From: Chiloscyllium plagiosum
Taxonomy: Eukaryota
Assembly (NCBI RefSeq): GCF_004010195.1
Contig: NC_057718.1
Location: forward strand, 78,758,631-78,822,630
DNA: 64,000 bases
Direction: 5' to 3'
Position 1 is the stretch's first letter; each line of letters begins with the position of its first letter. This document shows positions 13,579-26,851 of the stretch, one piece after another. The translations under genes were made by a program, and so were the position numbers. Below the pieces are notes generated by a model. It did no database searches, was not told the DNA's origin, and worked only from the letters and a program-made list of their open reading frames with translations.

Positions 13579-13653
13579 CGTTCTAAACACTGTTTGGCTG
13601 TTACCACCCACTTGGTATCAATAAGACTTCCTCCACAGAAGTGAGTGTCAAAA
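13579..13653 (-). CDS. plg: Plasminogen-like exon 15 equivalent (His57 region): FDTHFCGGSLIDTKWVVTAKQCLER
   Basis: Translated by hand; HFCGG.LI...WV.TA.xC; tacag/gtaagc; 75 bp; catalytic His position is CAG (Gln) at 13590-13592. Confidence 0.94.
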
Positions 13654-13787
13654 CTGTAATATACAAGACAGTTTTAATGATTTAACATCAATTGATTTAA
13701 AGGCTTTCAAAGTAAGCTTCAGCGGTTTGCAATAATACCATGCAAATAATGTTAAAAAATATAGTTCAACAGGTTTAATTGGAAGCA

Positions 13788-13822
13788 CACTAGCTTTCAG
13801 AGCGACGCTCCTTCATCAGGTG
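13788..13822 (-). ncRNA. Minimal hammerhead ribozyme motif (third Penelope-type family), sense to host pre-mRNA
   Basis: CAC-CUGAUGA-A-GGAGC(GUC)GCUCU-GAAA-GCUA-GUG; degenerate sibling at ~12895-12928. Confidence 0.7.
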
Positions 13823-15182
13823 ATAGTGGAGAGCTCGATCGTAACACAGAATTTATAGCAAAAATTTGCAGTGTGATGTAACTGAAATTATACATTGAAA
13901 AATTGATTGTCTGTTAAACCTTTCATCCGTTAGAATACAGTGATAGTTTCACTTCTTTCATTTGTAAATCACAAACCCTTTTTTTTTAAAGTTGCACTCT
14001 CGGGTTAGCTGCTAACAATGGTGATTGCTAGACAATATGTTGAAGGTGTTCTCCAAATCATGCAAATAATGCAATGTGTAAAAATCCTCATCTCCCCTGA
14101 TCTTTTCACCAACTTGTAATGCCTGTGTTTAAAAGAGTAAAAAGTGATTTGATTGAAGCATACACAACCCTGATGGATCTTGATAGTGTGGATGTGGAGA
14201 GATGTTGTCTCTTTGTGGAAGAATTTAGAACTAGGGATCACTTGTCGAGACAATCACAATTTTTATTTTATTTTTCTCATTTTCTAGCTTGGAACAATTG
14301 ACCTTGAACTTGGAACAGCAACTCTTTACAAAAGTGAAGCGAACAAAGATAACTGCTTTTCGTTGGGAATTTGCCTGGAAAAATAACACAACTTAATTAC
14401 TCGTCTATGAACATTGTAGTCGAATTAGCACTGAGGTGTTCCTATGCTCAGGGTTGGCAATTTGTTGGATGTTGAGTTGCTCCAACAAGCAACTGCTGCT
14501 AACCAGCCAACCACAAAGAATGTTGATTGAAAAGTGAAAAAAATCAAGAGAGAACCAGTTCTGACTGTTTGGCAGGAGGCACTATGAGTTTTGGAGATTT
14601 CCAGAGACAATATCGCTTGGTTCTACTCTCTCTCTCTCTAGTTTCTTTCCAATTATCAAATTGTTGAATATCCTGAGAATCCCAGTCTGTAAGAAGAAAA
14701 TAAATATTTCTAAAAGTCTGCTGAGCCTGTTTGCATTAACAGTGACTTCAGAATTTAAGCAAGATAAACAATTCTACTTGCTTGTGAACAACCCATTATC
14801 CAAGGATTTCATGAAGGTCTACTATCAATTGATGGAAACTGTTTATTGAATTGTCAAATTTTAATTCTTTAATTTTCTTTGTCAAATTATCCCTTAACAG
14901 TGTGTGTGTGAGAGAGTGGGGGTTATGATCAAAAAAGATTCGGCTTTAGATTGTAGATATTAATTACATTTACTGTGTTGTTTACCTGTGTTCTGCTAAA
15001 TTTACATTATTAATAATAATTTCTTTAACTTTTGTCTAAGTTATAAACTTGGTGACCAAAGACTGTTATTTATAAAATCTGGCTAGGGAGAATTGGGCAG
15101 TTATTGAATGCTTTTAATTTCCCTGTGCTGTGAATCCAGTGATAATGAAACGATTTGGTTTGGCTTACTATCCCTGTGTCAT

Positions 15183-15903
15183 GGATCAGTGGTGCTGGAA
15201 GAGCACAGCAATTCAGGCAGCATCCGAGGACAGGCAAAATCGATGTTTCGGGCAAAAGCCCTTCATCAGGAATAAAGGCAGAGAGACTGAAGCGTGGAGA
15301 GATAAGCTAGAGGAGGGTGGGGGTGGGGATAGAGTAGCATAGAGTACAATAGGTCAGTGGGGAAGGAGATGAAGGTGATAGGTCAGGGAGGAGAGGGTGG
15401 AGTGGATAGGTGGAAAAGGAGCTAGGCAGGTCGGACAAGTCCAGACACGTCAGGTCATCGTATTGCTGGAGGTTAGATACTAGGATGAGGTGGGGGAAGG
15501 GGAAATGAGGAAACTGTTGAAATCCACATTGATGCCCTGGGGTTGAAGTGTTCTGAGGCGGAAGATGAGGCGTTCTTCTTCCATGCGTTCCCCTGACCTG
15601 TCCGGACTTGTCCGACCTGCCCAGCTCCTTCTCCACCTATCCACTCCACCCTCTCCTCCCTGACCTATCACCTTCATCTCCTTCCCCACTGACCTATTGG
15701 ACTCTATGGTACTCTATCCCCACCCCCACCCTCCTCTAGCTTATCTCTCCACGCTTCAGGCTCTCTGCCTTTATTCCTGATGAAGGGCTTTTGCCCGAAA
15801 CGTCGATTTTGCCTGTCCTCGGATGCTGCCTGAATTGCTGTGCTCTTCCAGCACCACTGATCCAGAATCTGGTTTCCAGCCTCTGCAGTCATTGTTTTTA
15901 CCT
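15183..15903. mobile_element. Penelope-type foldback insertion with long inverted arms and 15-bp TSD
   Basis: ~15183-15450 mirrors ~15592-15863; ctatccctgtgtcat at 15168-15182 and 15904-15918; hammerhead motif on each arm. Confidence 0.85.
15773..15808 (+). ncRNA. Minimal hammerhead ribozyme motif
   Basis: CUGAUGA-A-GGGC(UUUU)GCCC-GAAA-CGUC. Confidence 0.7.
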
Positions 15904-17281
15904 CTATCCCTGTGTCATACCAATTTAAAATAGATTAGGTGAAATATTTTTCTCAGAGAGAGTCATGAGTTCTTGAACTTTCTTTCTAAATGTTGGAAGC
16001 AGAGTCCCTGAATATTTTTAAGACAGATATAGATAGATCTTGCTAAACATGGGGTTGACAGGTTCTCAGGGATAGGTAGGAATGTTGATTCTTGGTTACA
16101 GTCAGATAAGTCATAATCTTAGTGAATGGTGGAGCAGACTTGTGGGGCTGAGTGGTCTACTCCTGCTCATGATTTGTATATTCAGCTGTTCATGAGCACC
16201 TCCTCTCCTCTGAGGGAAGTAAATCTTAGTTTCTATAGTTTCTACACCTCCCTGAAGTTCCACATCCCAGGAACCATCCTTGCATATTTTCTCTGTTCCC
16301 TCTTCAAAGCCAGTCCTCCCTCTTGTATCAACTCATCTCTATCATTTCAGTGTTTTCTGAAAAGTTCATGGAATTTGGGGCTCACTTTCAAGCCCGGCAT
16401 TCATTATCCATTCTCAAACGCCCTCAAAAAAGTGGTCATGTGCAGCTTTCTGAAACCTCTTTCGCTTACATGGTGAACACTCTCCCAAAGTGAAACTATG
16501 AAGAGAGTTCCAGGTTTTAACTCAGCAACAGAAGATCCTGAAGAAGGGCTAATGCCCAAAACGTCGATTCTCCTGTTCCCTAGATGCTGCCTGACCTGCT
16601 GCGCTTCTCCAGCAACACATTTCCATCTCTGATCTCCAGCCTCTGCAGATCTCATTTTCTCAACAGAAGATATAGTTCCAAGTCAGGATGATGTGTTGCT
16701 TGATGGGGAATTTGCACATTGTAGTAGTATTCAAATTCATATTCCTTGACCCTCTAGGCAGTGGAGGTCAAGGAAGTGCTGTTGAAGAAGCCCTGATACA
16801 TTGTGTAATGCATCATGCATGATGATGCACACAATTACTACTATTCACTGGTAGTAGAGAGTCAGATATAGGCTGGTTTGTCCTGGGTGGTGCCTAGAAT
16901 TTTTTTGGAGCAGCACTCATCCAGGCAAGTGAAAAGTATCCCATCACAAAACTGAGCTGTGCCTTGTAGATGGTGAAGAAATTTTTGAGGATCAAGAAGA
17001 TGTTTCTAGCAAGTGCCCATCTGTCTAAGGGCAAATTACTGCAGATGCTGGAATCTGAACTGAAATCAAAAAAGTGTTGGAGATAACACTGGGTCAGGCA
17101 GCATCCATGGTGAGTTATCTGGACTCAAAACATTGGTTTCCATGTGTCTTGTAGCCACAGTATTTATGTGGCTGGTCAAGTTAAAGATTTTAGTGTGTAA
17201 CAGTGGTTAGTAGCATGACTTCACTTGTAACTTATCGAAGAAAAATATTCTTATCATATGTTTCTGAGGCAAATCACTTAC

Positions 17282-17402
17282 TTAATGCGAAGACTAACTT
17301 GCCAAGGCCAGGAATATGGTTTGGATATACAGCCACCAACAATACTTCCAAAACATCTCTTGGGTTCAACACTAGGCCTTCCACATTCATTAGACTGTTG
17401 TT
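17282..17402 (-). CDS. plg: Plasminogen-like exon 14 equivalent (activation loop): [39 protein letters not shown]
   Basis: Translated by hand; CG.P.VEPK.C.G.(I/V)VGGC...[10 protein letters not shown] is plasminogen-type; ctag/gtaagt; 121 bp; P1 codon AGT (Ser) at 17344-17346. Confidence 0.94.
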
Positions 17403-18599
17403 CTAGCATCACAAAAAGATAATTTAGTCGTATTATTCATTTTCTGTTCACATCCCCTTTCACCAGCATTGCCAGGATTCTATTGCTAACCTGGTCAGCT
17501 TGATGCCACATTACCTTAGGAGGAGAATGATCATCTTCAATAATCAAATGACAAATAATTCATGTCCAAAGGCATGAATTATAGCATTTCACTATTTCAT
17601 ATTAATCCAGCTTCAGCCAAAGCTGTGACTGAGTAAATTAAACTAATAACGGTAAGTGAATTCACACATCCTAGAGTATTTGAATTATAAATACAAATCC
17701 TCCAAGGATGGGTTTAGTAAACAAAGCCAAAATTTCTTGCCGTCCACCAAACTTAGCAGCTAACTAGAACATTTCACAAAACATTTAACAGATTGGTGTT
17801 GGACTGGAGTCACATATCCATTCAACTAGATAATCATAACTGGTTTGCTTCCTGAAGTTTTACAACAATCCATCAGCTTCACAGTCACTTTTTAATTTAC
17901 TATTTCTAAAGTTAAAAAAATTAAAAAGTCTCAAACTCCAGATTGGGATTTGGATTCATGTTCTCTGGATTATTAGCTAAGATTTGTGGATTGCTCCACC
18001 CAGTAACATGATATTGCTCTTGCCAAGGCAGTTCCAGTACTCATACTCCTCACATGACATGGTGCACCGCTGATGACTTATAGGTTCTAACAACTATAGG
18101 TTTACCTGGCTAACATGAAAGGCTTTCCTTACTCTTCCACCCATTGTTTGTGACAAGGTTAGATAATTACCAACTTGATTTGTTAGCCATAGGTAGCTGG
18201 GAGTACTCCAAGGTTTCCTTCTCAAATTGAGAAGGAAGGTAGAGGGGTGGAGGCAAATGTCAGAAGATGAGGTCCTTCCGTGGTAACAAGGTGGAGCACA
18301 TTCATTCCGTGTGTTGGAAATTGAGAGGGAAATCATGAAATTTTTTGGATCATGTGCAATATGTCAAAAAAACGAAACTGGTAGGAAAGACCACAGATCA
18401 GATTGTAGTTTTAAGCACAGCTAAGAGATCAAAGAGACACTGCTGACAGTGCAGAAAAGTACACAGGTAGATCAGTGACATGAAGAGTTTTTATTTAGAG
18501 GGAAGCATCTAAGTCCATAATGATATTAAAGGATATGGAGGCTACTTAAACTCTCTTGCTGGAAAAGGATTTAGTTTTCCCTCCAAAGAGTTCAAAGTA

Positions 18600-21500
18600 A
18601 GCCAAAGTGTTGGTAAATGGGATAGGTGGAGATTATATCCTGGTTCCATTGTACAAAGTCCAATTGGAGTGGAGTAATTTTGCCTGGAGTAATAGTTGGA
18701 GTAATTAGAAAATTATTTAGCAGGAGTGAAAGTCATAGCTTGACTTATAATCATGGAAAGTTCAGTTGAAGCTAAAAAAACAGAACAGTTACAGGAAAAG
18801 GTTCAAAGTATTTATCCATCGTGTGTAGTGCCAGAGCATTGGCTGAACAAAGTCCATAACCAGAGGTCTCAGTAATATCAAATACAGATGTTAGGGTAGA
18901 TGAAACTCTATTTAAGAATATGGATAGTTTAAAAGGGCATATGTCATTGATTGAGGATCAGTAAGCAGATCCAGAGTTAAGTGAGTTGGCATAGATGCCT
19001 CACAGTGAGGTTGAAGGAGTTATAGAATGTTATTATTCTGAGTTCTCATTAGGCAGTGGAGACATCCTCATACATCCCTGCAAACAAAGAACGAGTGAGT
19101 GAGTGGTACGGCTCCGATATCATAAGGGGATATTTTGAGTAGCACATGAAGTTCCTATGGCAAGGCATATAGGAATATGAAAAATGCAGGTATCAATAAA
19201 TAGATGTTTTACATGGCTGAGGCTTCATTATGATACAATGCATTTTTGTAAAGTTGTCTTAAATGTCAGGGGTAGGAAAATCTCAGCTTGTAATCAAACC
19301 AGCACCTTTAATATCCATAGCAGTTTTTAAAGAATCATTTATTCTACTGTTAGTAGATTGTGTAGGACCATTACTAAAACTGAAAGCAGGTCATCAATTC
19401 ATCTTTACAATTATAGGTGTGAATACCCATTGGCAAAAGCTATTCTATTAAGACAATTTAGAGATAGGGAGAGATTACTGAAAAAGTTAAGCCAGTTTGT
19501 TTTTGACTACCAAATGAGAAATAGTTTGATCTGGATTCTAACTTTTGGTCTAAAGCTTTCCAGGAAATCATTTAGCATAAAGCAATTGATGTTAGCTGCA
19601 TATCACCTGCAAAAACAGAGCTTTGGAGAGGTAACATCAAACTCTCAAATGATTAAGCATACTGTTATGAATATACACAGGATAGGGATAAAGGATTAAG
19701 TTTCCTATTATTTGTTACTAGCGATTCCCCAAATAAATCTACTGGAGTGAGCTCATTTTAATTGGTTTATGGTCATGAGATTAGAGGTTCATTAAAGCTG
19801 ATTAGGGAGAAGTTCTTGAATTAAAAAGATAAATCCTCAATGTTGAATTATGTGTTTATGTTTTTAAAAGGACTCACAAGAACATTAAAACATTTCACAG
19901 GCAAAATGATAGAATGGTCAAATAAGCATTCAGCATCAGAAAGTTTCCAGCAGGAGATGAAATATTGGTATTGGTTCATCGTTACAAGGTGAACCTTTGA
20001 AAGTAAATTTCAGTGGTCCATAGAAAGTAGTTAGAAAGGTTATTGAATTATTTAATAAATACTGCTGATGATAGGAAGAAGTATCGAATATATCATATAA
20101 ACATGCTGAAAATGTATTATCATAGAGAAGAGCATTTGGAGAAACAGTGTATCAAGACTAGTGAAGGATGTCAGAGATAACAAGAGTGAAGTGGAAAGAG
20201 AAGTAGACAGTTGAGTATTGGCACAGTTAGAAATTCGTCTCTTATTTATAGAAAGGACAATGAGAGGCTCTTGTCAGACTACTCAGAACGTATGAAGTAA
20301 TCTGTAGAGATACACTTAGATGTATTACATTAGATAGACGTGATGTGGATTTAATAAGTCAGGACCAATAAAACAATATACTTAACAATTGTGTCAAGCA
20401 CAAAAATCTCAGCTGGAAACAAAGATTCAAACATGCTGGAGAACCATTTGATTGAACATAGTCCAAGCAGCTGTAGTTCAATAGCATTGGTTCCTAAATT
20501 GGATGGATCAACAAGACTTTGCAAAGACTACAGAAATGTAAATGTGGCCATGAAAACAGAATCATACGCAATTCCATGCTAAGAAGGCTGCATTGATAAT
20601 GTTGACAGTGCCTCATTCCTTTCTACGATTGATGTATTGAAAGGCTATTGGTAAAGACTATTGAAATATTGACTTTGCTACACCGAATGAAGCATACCAA
20701 TGTTAGGTAATGCCAACTGGGTTAAAGAATGCCACAGCTACATTCCAGACTCTTATGAATCAAGTTGTAGCTGAAATTTGTAACTTTGTGGTGTGTTTGG
20801 TTGCTGTTGTATGTAGTAGCACTTGGGAAGAACATATGAGACAAGCTGAAGATGTGTTTGAACAATTATAGTTTAGTAATTTTGTAATTTAGTAATAAAT
20901 TTTCCCAAAAGTGATTTCTCGAACGCAAGAATAAACTAATTCTGACATATTGTTGGATAATGACAAGTATTATTAAGGACAGTGAAAGTGAAAGCTTGAA
21001 CAGAATTCCCTGTTCCTGGAACTAAATGAGAAATCATGAGGATTTTAGGAGTGTGTGAACTTTAGCAGAAATTTGGAGGGGTACACATCTTCCTGCTATA
21101 GGATCATGGAGTGGAGTATTTATCTAAGAAACTGCACATTATTCGAAGATTAGAACTGCACATTATTAGTAGAAAAAGACACTTTGAAATTGTTGTTGGG
21201 TCTTCAGCACTTTGAAGTCTATATCTGACAAGGAAACATGAAAATGTCAATTACACTAATCATAATCCACTAGCCCTCACTGAGAAGTTTAACAATCAGA
21301 AATCAAGACAATTCAGATGGAGTTTTTAATTATAACCAGTTAATGTAAAGAGTATTCATCTTCCCATAAAAGATAATGCAATTACAGAAGCATTAGTCCA
21401 AATGGAATATGCTGAGAAAGGTTAAAGGTTTAAAAAGTGCAAGACTGTAAGGCTGTTTTGTTGTTTGTGTATCACATATCTTCTACTGAAACAAACATTT

Positions 21501-22460
21501 CAAATGATGCTTCATTTCTTTAAGGATAGAGACAAGTTAGGACAATGTCTTTTTATTTTTGCATTTTGGAAGATTGTGGACCAAAATGAATCAGAGCTAT
21601 TTTAAAATGAATGCTTCAAAGGATTGCTGCATGCTTTGAAAAACAAGTAACCTGACCTTTCTGACATGCATTCTGTTTGTACAGCTATTTGACCAAGCAA
21701 TAATTGAAGCTGATGGGGTTCTGTGTAATGATGCAACTGGTGGCATCAAGAAATTGATTGGCCCATGGACCCGATGGTTGCTATCAATTATTGATGACAA
21801 AGGCCTTGTATTTGGTTTTTAGGTAACTGAACATCTTGAGGTGGAGAAGACACAGAGAAAGAATTTGATTTCCAATAAATTGGAAGTAGTGTCTCTGTTC
21901 TCTGCAGTCAAAACTTACTTTAAACGTGAAGAAAACCAATTAATCTTTTCTTCAGCAGTTGCTGTTAGTCATTACTTTTAATTGATAAATCAGAGGCAAT
22001 TTCATAAGTGAACCAGCCACCCTATGCCTTTAGCAAACCAGGGAAAACATTTGGAAAAGGAAAGCCAAGAGGAAATTTTTAGATTAGCAAAAATCATCTC
22101 AACAGAACTTTGAAACAAAGACTACTGAACTGTTTTTCCAGAGTTTCCTCTTTGTCCATGTGTTTTCTTTTCCCTTTGTGCGTGTGTGTTCAGGGAGTTA
22201 ATAAGAGAATTAGAGTTTTAATTGGTAATGTTATATGCCAATGGTTTAAAACAGTTTATCTGTAGCTAGAATCTAATATTTTATAATGAATAATACTTCT
22301 TGCTATGTACAGAAACCTACTGTGTGCTTTCTATCAACCTGGTCTGAAAATCAGATACATTGAGGAATCTTGCATACTTCCTTTAAAATCTTTAACTTTA
22401 GAGGAAAATCCAGAACTGTGGGGCTTGATTTCAAGTGCACTATCCCAGTGAGTCATGACA
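18600..22460 (+). mobile_element. Decayed Gypsy LTR retrotransposon, Gmr1-like order (integrase then RT then RNase H), probable 3' LTR ~21535-22460
   Basis: Integrase VDCVGPLLKLKAGHQF (~19350), LVYGHEIRG (~19770), GEPL..FSGP (~20000); RT LVPKLDGSTRLCKDYRNVN (20391-20582), LKGYW, GLKNATATFQ; RNase H YTNHNPL (~21260). Confidence 0.75.
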
Positions 22461-23812
22461 AAATACAGGGGCTCCCTTATTTACAAGTGGTGCTTTTCTT
22501 ATGCTATTGGCCTTTTCCTTGTAGTTAGTAGAGGTTGCAGGTTTGGAAGTTATTGTCAAAGAAACCATAGAATATAGCTGCAGTTTATCTTGCAGTTGGT
22601 ACATAATATTGCCACTGGTGGTGAAGCAAGTGAATGCTTACGTTTGTGGATAGAACACCAGTTAAAGTGGACAAATCTTTCCCTGATAGTGTTGAGCTTC
22701 TTGAGTGCTGCTGGAGTTACATTCTTCCACATAAATAGACAAAATACCATCATGCTCCTGACATACAGGTGGTCTTCTGACCTTAGGGAAGCAAAGGGAT
22801 GCAAGATGCTTTTGTAGCCACTGTATTTTTATGTTTCAGATAAGCTTCAGTTCAATGATAACCCCTCAGGATATTGATGATGGGGGAACATTCAATGATT
22901 GTACATTTATTAATCAGAGAAATGTGGAGATAGTCACTGTTGGACTTGTGTGGCATGAATGTTACTGACATAGGTGGGTAAGTTTCAAAGTTCCAAAGGC
23001 TTTGAACATATTTATTACCAATTAATGGCCATTTAAGTTCCTTAAAGACCCTATCTGTTACTGAATGCAATCTTCACTGTTTTTCCAGTAAACCCAGTCT
23101 ATGAGTGCACAGATGCCTTTTTTTTAAAAAAACTCCCTCGTGAGATGCATGCGTCTGGCTAGCATTTATTGCCCATTTCTAGTCGTCCTTGAACTGAGTG
23201 GCCTGCTAGGCCATTTCAGATGGCAGTTGAGAGTCAGCCACATTGCTGTGGTATGGAGTCACATATAGACTAGGTGTGGATGACAGATTTCCTTCCCTGA
23301 AGGCCCCAAAGAGTTTTACCAACAATCAACATTGGTTTCATGGTCACCATGATTCTTAATTCCAGTTTTCTTTTAAATTAATTCAAATTCCACCATCTGC
23401 CATGGGGAGATTGAACACAGGTCCCCAAGCACTTGCTGAGTTTCTGGATTAATAGTGATAATACCACTAGATTATTGCCTCCCCTTAAATTTCTCACCAC
23501 AATGCCAATTGAATAGCTCTTCAGTTACCTTGAAAGCAGATGTGGGGCCAGCTATCACCCTTATTTTGAATTTCAAGACAGCTGTCTCCTAATTTCACCT
23601 CCATGAACTTCTTACTCTAATTGGCAAGGCACTGGCAGCCCCCAACATGCAACAGATTCCAAAAAGGCAACTTTTGCTTCCTCAAGGTGCTCAGTGCCTC
23701 TAACTGGCTGTTGAGCTCACCTGCTGACTGATATATGACCCCATTAATTATTTGCTATTACTAAATTTAAACTAAGGCAACAGTATTATGCAGAGGTAAG
23801 TTGTCAATATTA

Positions 23813-23956
<144 letters not shown>

Positions 23957-24286
23957 TTAAAAAAGAATGCATAGAAATATTAACACCAAGATGTAACTAC
24001 ATAACGTTTTTAAGCCAGTAAAAACATCCTTTGGTGTTATACAAGGAGGTACTCAGACAATATCTGGCTCTAAGCCACATATGTGAGTCAAAGAGGTAGG
24101 TTTTTGGGTGTCTCTTAAAAGAAAAGGGAGGCAAAGACAGCTTAAAGAAAGAATAACTGAGATTAGGGCCCAAACATTTCAGTCAAGTGTAACAAATATC
24201 AAATGCTCGCCAGATGAATTAGCTATCAGTCATAGTTGAGAACATTGTTTCTGTGGTGTTGTAGCCTGAGTAAGGTATTTTATTGA

Positions 24287-25158
24287 GTGTAGGTTTGCTC
24301 GCTGAGCTGAAAGGCTCATTTCCAAACGTTTAGTTACCTTACTAGGTAACATCCTCAGTGGACCTCATGAGAAGCAATGCTGAAAATTCCTGCTTTCTAT
24401 TTATATGTTTGGGTTTCTTTGGGTTGGTGATGTCATTACCTGTGGCGACGTTATTTCCTGTGGTGAATTCACTTCCTGTTCCTTTTCTCAGGGGGTGGTA
24501 GATGGGGTCTAACTCGATGTGTTTATTGATAGAGTTCCAGTTGGAATGCCATGCTTCTAGGAATTCTCGTGCATGTCTTTGTTTGGCTTGTCCTAGGATG
24601 GATGTATTCTCCCAGTCAAAGTGGTGTCCATCCTCATCCATATGTGAGGATACTAGTGAGAGAGGGTCATGTCTTTTTGTGGCCAGTTGGTGTTCATGTA
24701 TCCTGGTGGCTAGTTTTCTGCCTGTTTGTCCGATGTAGTGTTTGTTACAGTCCTTGCACGGTATTTTGTAAATGACATTAGTTTTGCTCATTGTCTGTAC
24801 AGGATCTTTAAAGTTCATTAGCTGCTGTTTTAATGTGTTGGTGGTTTAAGGGCTACCATGATGCCAAGAGGTTTGAGAAGTTTGGCAGTCATTTCTGAGA
24901 TTTCTTTGATGTAAGGGAGAGTGGCTAGGGTTTCTGGACATGTCTTGTCTGCTTTTTTGTGTTTGTTGCTGAGAAATTGGTGGACATATAAATAGAAACA
25001 TATAAAATAGAAAGCAGGATTTTTCGGCATTGCTTCGCGTGAGGTCACTGAAGATGTTACCTAGTAAGGTAACAAAACGTCTGGAAATGAACCTTTCAGC
25101 TCAGCGAGCAAACCTACATCCAAAACCTCAACCTGAGCTACAAATCTTCTCAAAACTC
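24287..25158 (-). mobile_element. Penelope-like element (GIY-YIG endonuclease part) with inverted terminus and 13-bp TSD
   Basis: ORF 24342..24818 NVIYKIPCKDCNKHYIGQTGRKLATRIHEH; ggtattttattga at 24274-24286 and 25159-25171. Confidence 0.9.
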
Positions 25159-26702
25159 GGTATTTTATTGAATTAGCAGAACATGCTTGAGGAGCCAAAT
25201 GGCCTACTCCTACTTTGAATTCCTACGTTCATACGTTCTATTTATTCTTTTTCATGACCTTAATGGGAAGAATGAAAATCAAGTGTCACTATTCTACAAG
25301 TCGTCATAAATGTACAAATGGTCAATTTAATCTATACAATGGTTAATTTGTTGGACTTTGACCACTATCTAAGATAAAAGAAACACACGCCAGGTTTTAT
25401 CAATGAACAGAAAAATGAAACATATATATTATAACAATGTTATCTTTTAACAAGTGGCTGAACTAGTGAATTAATGATGTAATAAACTTAACCTATACCA
25501 GCTTTAAATCTCAATGCACGTGCATATTCATTCACAAATAGGCTGAACAAGACGTTCAGTTCTGCAGAAATAGTGGATGAGACCTGATGTCCTACTTGGT
25601 TTGCAGTTTGAGTAGACCTTAATGAAAGGAGATCGTTGTCTTCAGTAAGATGTTATTTGTACTCAGGTGCAAGTTATGTTACCAAGTTAGATATTGCTAC
25701 TGACCTCCCAGTGTCTGGCAGCTCTCTGAGAGAGGGCATCTTCCAGAAGCTAGATTTAAGTCTCACCTCATATTAACTGAAGGGCTATCGCCCAAAATAT
25801 GAAAGTGGATTGAATCACCCAAGCAGAAGCGGGCCTGTCCCCAACAGTTGTGCTAAGGAGTGAGATCTTACCTGCAGTGTAAAATCCAGACCTTGGAGAA
25901 ATGTATAAGAATCATACATGAGACACCAGCAACATTTTTGACTGACAGTGGAGGGGAATTTGCCAAATGACTAGTTCAGAGACACATTTGAAAATATGAA
26001 CATCATGGTCATGAACACTGCATCTGGAAATATTGTCACCAATGGACTAGTAAAACTGAATGTTATTATGCAGTGATTGATGAAATGCAGCCAGAATGTA
26101 ACTGCATGGACAGTTCATGCAAAGAACTCATGCTTAAAGCTTCCAGTCCCTTCCAATTAGTCTAAGAATGAAATCACAAATTTCCATCAATGCCATCCAA
26201 TAGTCAACGCTTTCTAATGCTATCCGATGTTCCAGAAGGTACCACAATTAGTTCCAATTTTTGTATGCATTTATGAAAGGACCCAATTTTCATTAAAGCT
26301 GAAATCTCTAAAATAATTCAAAGGACACTGTGACACCATGAAGGACAGAATTAGGTTTAAGAAATTTGATGTTTTCAAGAGAAGTTCATGAGGAATAAAA
26401 GGCTCTGATGGTAACACAGTACTTATCTAAGGAATAGGAACATTGACTCATAGAGTATTACAATATAGAAAATGGCCCTTTGGCCCATCCAGCCTATACA
26501 AATGGTTAGGGTAATTTACTGCCACCATCTGCTTTCCTTGATGGGTCCAAGGCAAAAGAAAATGTGGCAACAAACCACTAAGATTACAATTCATTGAAGT
26601 TAATTATACAATCTCAAGACTCTGAGCTGCTCGTAGAGGGTTAATGCTTATGTTTTGTGGTGAAAATTCTGACAAAACCTGCAGGTCATACAGAAAACTC
26701 AC

Positions 26703-26851
26703 ATTTCCCTCGAGTCCAGCATCAGGATGTGATTCAGGAGTGAAGATGATATGAAAGTGGGGTGACATCAGTGACCAGTGCTGGCATGTTCTTCCACTTG
26801 ATGTAGTTGATCTTGTTCCACGATATGTCACTCCATTACCTACTTGGCAAT
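26703..26851 (-). CDS. plg: Plasminogen-like exon 12 equivalent (kringle 5, first half): DCQVGNGVTYRGTRSTTSSGRTCQHWSLMSPHFHIIFTPESHPDAGLEGN
   Basis: Overlaps ORF 26604..26831; ccag/gtgagt; 149 bp; ends in phase 0 after ..GLE.N, the exon split characteristic of PLG K5. Confidence 0.93.

Noticed and set aside
14243..15140. Possible solo LTR (also ~62788-63600)
   Set aside because: Composition and TGT start are suggestive, but termini and TSD could not be fixed.
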